23,259 bases of DNA from an uncultured Fidelibacterota bacterium (lineage in GTDB: Bacteria; Fidelibacterota; Marinisomatia; Marinisomatales; UBA1611). A model generated the notes under the pieces. It was not told where the DNA came from. It ran no database searches and saw nothing but the letters and a program-made list of their open reading frames with translations. This document shows positions 18,147-23,259 of this stretch, piece after piece (the first letter of the stretch is position 1; each line of letters begins with the position of its first letter). The DNA lies in contig CAJWHW010000030.1 of the NCBI GenBank assembly GCA_913040915.1, positions 1-23,259 on the forward strand, in the 5' to 3' direction. The translations under genes and the position numbers were made by a program.

Positions 18147-19520
18147 TTATTTGGGTGTTGGCCCATCTTCTGCTTTAGGCTTTTCCGATGGTTTACCCCT
18201 GAATGAGAACCCAAAGGAAAGATTAAATCCTTTCATAGTATGAATCCACATTCCATTTCGGAATGAAAAGCCTAAGTCAAAATTTACAACCCCTTTTTTT
18301 ATTCCAAAGCCCATGGCTAATTCTTTCATTTCACCACCTGCCCAAGAATACCCAATCCGCATCGGAATAGCAGGAATTCTCGTCCATTCCGCTGCAACAG
18401 CTAACTTCCATTGCTGGCGAGCGTAATATTTATTTTCAAACCCTGCAACTAGATCCATGGCGTAAAGCCAATTATCAACTTTTCTCGATGCACCTAAACG
18501 AAAAAGTGCCGGATATCGTGTTTTAAATTCTGGACGTTTACCATCTGCAAGTGTATCAACAAAAAATACGGTTTCAGTGGTAAATAATGAGTCATTTCCT
18601 AACTTATCAGCCCTTATTGTGTCTATTAAAAATGTGTATAAAATTGATTCATTAAGATCAAGAGTATCTTCTCCAAACTTGAAAGGGTAGAATCTGTTTG
18701 TAAGTGGATTGACACTGGATGGTTCTTGACCACTGTCATTTTGGTTCCATGCTATTGTCCCGACTAGATTGATAAATGACGCTCCAAATTGCCAACCATT
18801 ATATGGGCGAGAAATAACACCGATATCCAGTCCAAATCCTGCGCCACCAACACCTTGTCGGATAATATATTTTCCGGAACCATAAATCCCAAGATCATCC
18901 GTAATTAAACTTGCGGATGAAGAATCTTCATCAATCCCTAAATAAAATAATCCTTGAAGATATTTAGCCGTTATACCCCAGGACATGGATTTAAATGGAA
19001 TGCCAAAAGAAAAACCGTATTCATTCAAACCAACAATTTCATAATTAAACTCAAGATCCAGTGTTGGTTTCTGAGCATTTCCATAAAACATCAATTCTAA
19101 TAAACCCATAGGCAAACGATAATTTTGCAATAGAATATTATTGGATGTAAATGCCATATTTCCTTTTGAAATACTGAAAAATGGCATATGTGAATCAACA
19201 AAAAACCCCATTCCATCAGAGACTTCTATCTGGTCAAATAATTCATTTTTATCTGCAGTGTTCAGTGTATCTCCACTGTATTGTGCAATATTCTCGATGG
19301 AAAAAAAATTACCCAATATACCTAAATCAAGTTGGGCCGCCTGAATTAAAAATGGATCATTTTGCTGTAAACCAATAATACCCGGATTAAATCCTACACT
19401 AAAAACACCATTGGCAACCGTGGTATATGCACCTGCCATTCCAACCATTCTGGGATCTCTTTTGCTCTGCGCCTGTATAGTAAAACCAAATAAAATTAAA
19501 ATTACGAGAATTTTTCTCAT
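18147..19520 (-). CDS. Outer-membrane beta-barrel protein, DUF5723/PorV/FadL-like
   Basis: 457 aa. Cleavable signal peptide (IQA|Q). N-terminal PRMVGMAGAYT......GFNPG plug motif of PorV/FadL-type barrels. Amphipathic strands GITAKYLQG, GFGLDIG, FRLGAS, MRIGYS and terminal FNLSFGFSF. Confidence 0.72.
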   Translation of the reverse strand: MRKILVILILFGFTIQAQSKRDPRMVGMAGAYTTVANGVFSVGFNPGIIGLQQNDPFLIQAAQLDLGILGNFFSIENIAQYSGDTLNTADKNELFDQIEVSDGMGFFVDSHMPFFSISKGNMAFTSNNILLQNYRLPMGLLELMFYGNAQKPTLDLEFNYEIVGLNEYGFSFGIPFKSMSWGITAKYLQGLFYLGIDEDSSSASLITDDLGIYGSGKYIIRQGVGGAGFGLDIGVISRPYNGWQFGASFINLVGTIAWNQNDSGQEPSSVNPLTNRFYPFKFGEDTLDLNESILYTFLIDTIRADKLGNDSLFTTETVFFVDTLADGKRPEFKTRYPALFRLGASRKVDNWLYAMDLVAGFENKYYARQQWKLAVAAEWTRIPAIPMRIGYSWAGGEMKELAMGFGIKKGVVNFDLGFSFRNGMWIHTMKGFNLSFGFSFRGKPSEKPKAEDGPTPK

Positions 19521-22500
19521 CTATTTAACCTTAAACCAAGTTTTGGATTCTTTGATCTCATGAAACGGTTTGATTGAGTTGAATTTCTAATTTTTATATA
19601 GTGACCATTTAAATCACAAGCACTTCCATTAGATGTAACAATTTTTAAACGTAAAGAATCTGTTTCAGCAAGGCCAGTAGTAGATAAATCCCAGGAGTAA
19701 GATCCCAAATTATCTAGATCTAATGCAATTGAAGTCCAATTATCTGTTAATAAACAATTTGATGACTTGTATGTTGCGGAGTCACCTGCAATGGAATAAT
19801 ACAGGTCAACTTTTTCACTGCTGGATCCGCCAATTGCCCATAGGATTTCATATGTCTGGTCCGTATATAGTATTTGGCCGCCATTAGGATAAGTGATAAT
19901 TAATTCTGGGTTGACTCCGCCAAATGCACCGGAACTACTAAGTCGGAATGTTATAAAAGAACTGATTTCTAAATAATCTTCCACCGATAAAAATACGCCT
20001 CTAGAATCAGTGCCAGGCAGATAGAACCTTGGCATCGTATAGTGATTACCGTAATCAGTTAATAAATATATTTGGGATGTATCAATGGTACTAGCATATA
20101 CTCCAGAGCCGGGAACTGCAACCATGCCTTCTGGATAGCCAGTTGTATCGTCAGCACTATAATATGCTTCGGGATCCGGTAACATAAATTTAAATAAAGT
20201 ATCTACATATGAAATAATTGTATCTGTACCTGATGCATTATATTTCACAATATAAGGTAGTCCATCAAAACACTCTGAGTAGTCTGTGAGTACATTAAAA
20301 ATGTATACTCTTCCGCTATCTGGTGAAATGTCTTCACATTTTCGAATAATATAAAGACTGTCTGTCTGTTGAAGGATGCCTCTGGATGCCAAGGAATCTC
20401 GAAAAATGCCAAGTTGTTTCCACGATGTATCTGTTGGGAAAAGAGAGTCGTTACTTAACAAAATAGAAACTTCTGCTCCAAATGGCAAAGCGTTGGTGAT
20501 ATTGGATACAAGTTCTGTTTCTAACAGACTATTTCGAATCTTATAACGAGTGTCATGGTCAAATTCTTCTATGGCAGTGGCTGTTCCACCCATAAAAGTC
20601 ATAGGCTCTAATTGTAAGACAAATGGAATTGTCACTCGGAATCCCCCTCGAATTGCCTTCCCGGATTCAATGGACCCACGACCATCAACTTTAACTTCAG
20701 GTGTTATAACCAATTCAATTGGATTTGAAGCAAGAAGATCAATGATAGATGCACAAGTATCACAAGGGGTATTAATTTTCTGAAATGAAGGCAAACTGTC
20801 ATCCACGGATTCATAAATTGTGATAGATGTCCCCAGTTTACTTAATCCAATAATCGTCATAGCTGTATCTGTAGACGCACTGGTTAAAGGAAACCCGATT
20901 GTATCAACAATCACAGGCATATAAACAATTTCACCCAGTGAATTCGTCCCCTTGAATTCCATATTCATTTCTATTGGCAATCTGATCTGATTTTTGAAGA
21001 TGAGTTCAATTAACGCTTCAGTGGGAATAGCACCGCTGAGACCTGGAGGAAATTCTTGCTGAGTGGGTTCAGCAGGCATCTCCATATACAAATTTGCACC
21101 AATCGACTCAAAAGACAATTGGTCAAGTACCATTCTCATTGCAAAACTGCCCAATGGAGAGCCATCTAGTGGTATTGTTGTAGTTGTTTCTGGAACGGCG
21201 ATATCTAATACAAAATCAAAACTATTGAATGCACTGTCCGGCCATCCATCCCCATTATTGTCCCGCTCTGTGCTTTGAAGATACCATCCTCTCATATCAG
21301 TAATTTTTGTATAAGGGCTATCGCGATTCGTTAGGGTTCTCTTCACATAGACAGAATCGTTTCCGGTTGGATCAATAAAGTTTTTAAACTGTAACACAAA
21401 ATCTAATGGGAACGGAAATGAACTTTGCAAATCACTGATAATAAATCTATTCTCACTTTGTGGTGCATTTGATTTCAGGATATTTCGATATATTTCCATT
21501 TTGCTGATTCCAGATTCTGACATATCCATCTCGGGTAATTCCATTGCTGGTATTTCCAAGCCGTCTGATAAGGAATACTGATTGGTTGTCACTTCCATAC
21601 TGTCAATAGTTGACATTTGAAAGGCTAATTTAAAATCAACATATAAGGACCCTGGTGGAATGGTTACAATATCAGTGGCTGGTGCCATTGACATATTGGT
21701 TGCCAATTTCAAAAAGCTTCTCAAACCAGCACCTGCAAGTGGTGTAGTAGCATCATATTCTTCACCGTATGCTATAGTAGGCATTTCATTGTGAGATGCC
21801 AGACTGTCCCTTCGATTGGGATCACCGTATGAACCAATATCTAATTCTCTGTCTCCGGTTACCATAAATGAATAAACATTTTCCAGGTTTGTCACAGTAT
21901 TATTTTTAAATCGTGTACTGTAAAGACTATTCGTCTCATCCCCGCCAATTAATAATCTGTCTACACTAGCAATAATTGGCGGATCTGCGGGGAGTGGAAG
22001 TGATGAAAGTCCAAGATTAATTGTTGTATCGAGTACTGTAGACAATAAACCCATTACGGAATCAAAAAGAGCCACAACAAATGTGTTATAGTTCTCGGCA
22101 GTCATATGCCTGACAGAGTCTGTAGGGAAGGAAAATGGTTTGCCGATAGTATCACCTGTGGTGCTATCTATTAAACATATGAGTGTATCAAAAGGTTCTG
22201 GAGGAAAAACTGTAGTATCATAGGCTGTAATCCATTCACATAGCTTGGCAGTATCCTGATAGATGGAAACGTCATAGGCAACAACATTGATTTTTTCTTT
22301 AATTGCTAATACAGGTAATTCAATATCGACTTCTATACCTGGAATTTCTGGAGATGCAATTTCTTCATTTAGATCTAATGGAATAGGTGGTAAAGCAGGA
22401 AGTTCTGTTGCCGGCATTTCACCTTCTTGTATGATCTCGAACCCAAGTGAATCATCGGTAAGAAAAATACCCGCAGTATCATTAGAAATATCGGTCATCT

Positions 22501-22672
22501 GGTATTTTGTCTGCACAAGGGGGATTTTGAGATCAAAATACCAGGTTGGCATTTCAAATTTTTCAGGAATATCAAAATCACACGCCACTGTTACCATTAA
22601 AAAGATGGTCAGAAATACGTGGAAAAATCCCGTTTTCCAACGAGATATGGATTGTTTCGGATTTACCTTCAT
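19517..22672 (-). CDS. Large (1051 aa) acidic beta-rich lipoprotein with C-terminal Ig-like domain, function unknown
   Basis: Lipobox VTVA-C followed by acidic DFD. C-terminal ITYPNGGQ....QTYEILW...VDLYYS...N.GSYSW motif resembles the Kre9/Knh1-like Ig fold. ATGA overlap with the barrel gene. Confidence 0.8.
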   Translation of the reverse strand: MKVNPKQSISRWKTGFFHVFLTIFLMVTVACDFDIPEKFEMPTWYFDLKIPLVQTKYQMTDISNDTAGIFLTDDSLGFEIIQEGEMPATELPALPPIPLDLNEEIASPEIPGIEVDIELPVLAIKEKINVVAYDVSIYQDTAKLCEWITAYDTTVFPPEPFDTLICLIDSTTGDTIGKPFSFPTDSVRHMTAENYNTFVVALFDSVMGLLSTVLDTTINLGLSSLPLPADPPIIASVDRLLIGGDETNSLYSTRFKNNTVTNLENVYSFMVTGDRELDIGSYGDPNRRDSLASHNEMPTIAYGEEYDATTPLAGAGLRSFLKLATNMSMAPATDIVTIPPGSLYVDFKLAFQMSTIDSMEVTTNQYSLSDGLEIPAMELPEMDMSESGISKMEIYRNILKSNAPQSENRFIISDLQSSFPFPLDFVLQFKNFIDPTGNDSVYVKRTLTNRDSPYTKITDMRGWYLQSTERDNNGDGWPDSAFNSFDFVLDIAVPETTTTIPLDGSPLGSFAMRMVLDQLSFESIGANLYMEMPAEPTQQEFPPGLSGAIPTEALIELIFKNQIRLPIEMNMEFKGTNSLGEIVYMPVIVDTIGFPLTSASTDTAMTIIGLSKLGTSITIYESVDDSLPSFQKINTPCDTCASIIDLLASNPIELVITPEVKVDGRGSIESGKAIRGGFRVTIPFVLQLEPMTFMGGTATAIEEFDHDTRYKIRNSLLETELVSNITNALPFGAEVSILLSNDSLFPTDTSWKQLGIFRDSLASRGILQQTDSLYIIRKCEDISPDSGRVYIFNVLTDYSECFDGLPYIVKYNASGTDTIISYVDTLFKFMLPDPEAYYSADDTTGYPEGMVAVPGSGVYASTIDTSQIYLLTDYGNHYTMPRFYLPGTDSRGVFLSVEDYLEISSFITFRLSSSGAFGGVNPELIITYPNGGQILYTDQTYEILWAIGGSSSEKVDLYYSIAGDSATYKSSNCLLTDNWTSIALDLDNLGSYSWDLSTTGLAETDSLRLKIVTSNGSACDLNGHYIKIRNSTQSNRFMRSKNPKLGLRLNR

Positions 22673-22730
22673 TTTATGCCAATATTATTGGACTTCCGCA
22701 CTCGAATTTGTAGAATAATTTCGAGAGAAA

Positions 22731-22765
22731 CAAAAACAAAAAACCCCACAACAAATTGCGGGGTT
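22731..22765 (-). terminator. Intrinsic terminator of ahcY
   Basis: Minus strand aaccccgcaa-tttg-ttgtggggtt hairpin followed by ttttgtttttg, 25 bp after the ahcY stop. Confidence 0.82.
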
Positions 22766-22790
22766 AATAATTGATTTTATTGAATTTATA

Positions 22791-23259
22791 TTAATATCGA
22801 TAATGATCTGGCTTATATGGACCATCTTTTGGGACTCCAATATAGTCTGCCTGTTCATCAGTTAACTCAGTTAATTCAGCACCTAAATGGTCTAAATGAA
22901 GGCGTGCAACTTCTTCATCCAATTCTTTTGGAAGCATATAAACACCTATCTCAGGCTGATCTTTTGCAAGCGCAATTTGAGCTAATACCTGATTTGTAAA
23001 CGAATTGGACATAACAAAACTTGGATGACCTGTAGCGCAACCCAAATTAACAAGCCGGCCTTCAGCCAGAATAAAAATTTGTCGACCATTTTTAAATGTG
23101 TATCGATCTACCTGTGGTTTTATAACTTCACGATCTATATCATGGTCATGGTTTAATGCATTTACCTGAATTTCATTATCAAAATGACCGATATTACATA
23201 CAATGGCCTGGTCTTTCATTTCCAACATATGTTCTTTAGTGATTACATCCTTATTGCCA
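22791..23259 (-). CDS. ahcY: Adenosylhomocysteinase (3' part; start lies beyond the right edge)
   Basis: [82 protein letters not shown]. Confidence 0.97.
   Translation of the reverse strand, partial: GNKDVITKEHMLEMKDQAIVCNIGHFDNEIQVNALNHDHDIDREVIKPQVDRYTFKNGRQIFILAEGRLVNLGCATGHPSFVMSNSFTNQVLAQIALAKDQPEIGVYMLPKELDEEVARLHLDHLGAELTELTDEQADYIGVPKDGPYKPDHYRY

Noticed and set aside
456..22999. Numerous 60-178 aa alternative ORFs in the track (e.g. 2774-3310, 4132-4422, 7368-7892, 8233-8421, 13836-14231, 22287-22718)
   Set aside because: They lie antisense or out of frame within well-supported genes and show no recognisable motifs, so they are shadow ORFs.

Overview
AT-rich bacterial chromosomal window with about 21 genes, nearly all on the minus strand. 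Gene content and signal types (surface-type lipoproteins, a PorV/DUF5723-like barrel, Bacteroidota-style sequons) suggest an FCB-group marine bacterium, possibly Marinimicrobia; this is an inference. Left to right: partial DUF1295-like membrane protein, Kv-beta-like aldo/keto reductase, class III nucleotidyl cyclase-TPR protein, a probable cyclase gene remnant, cupin, beta-propeller lipoprotein, cold-shock protein and DUF819 protein. Next is a tightly coupled minus-strand run: murQ, trhO, S45 acylase, TlpA, thioredoxin-fold protein, M48 protease, an unannotated 44-aa membrane ORF and YccA. Then come prmA (plus strand; mislabelled minus in the ORF track), an Ala/Gly:cation symporter, a lone lptF/G permease (+), a barrel plus 1051-aa lipoprotein pair, and the 3' end of ahcY. 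I found no rRNA, tRNA, CRISPR array or transposase. The most notable observations are: (1) about 25 D-(S/T)-(A/I/L/V/M/T) O-glycosylation sequons in the giant lipoprotein coupled to the barrel; (2) the hidden small membrane protein linking M48 and YccA; (3) two antisense genes embedded without terminators in a minus-strand run (noncontiguous-operon geometry); (4) the cyclase remnant.
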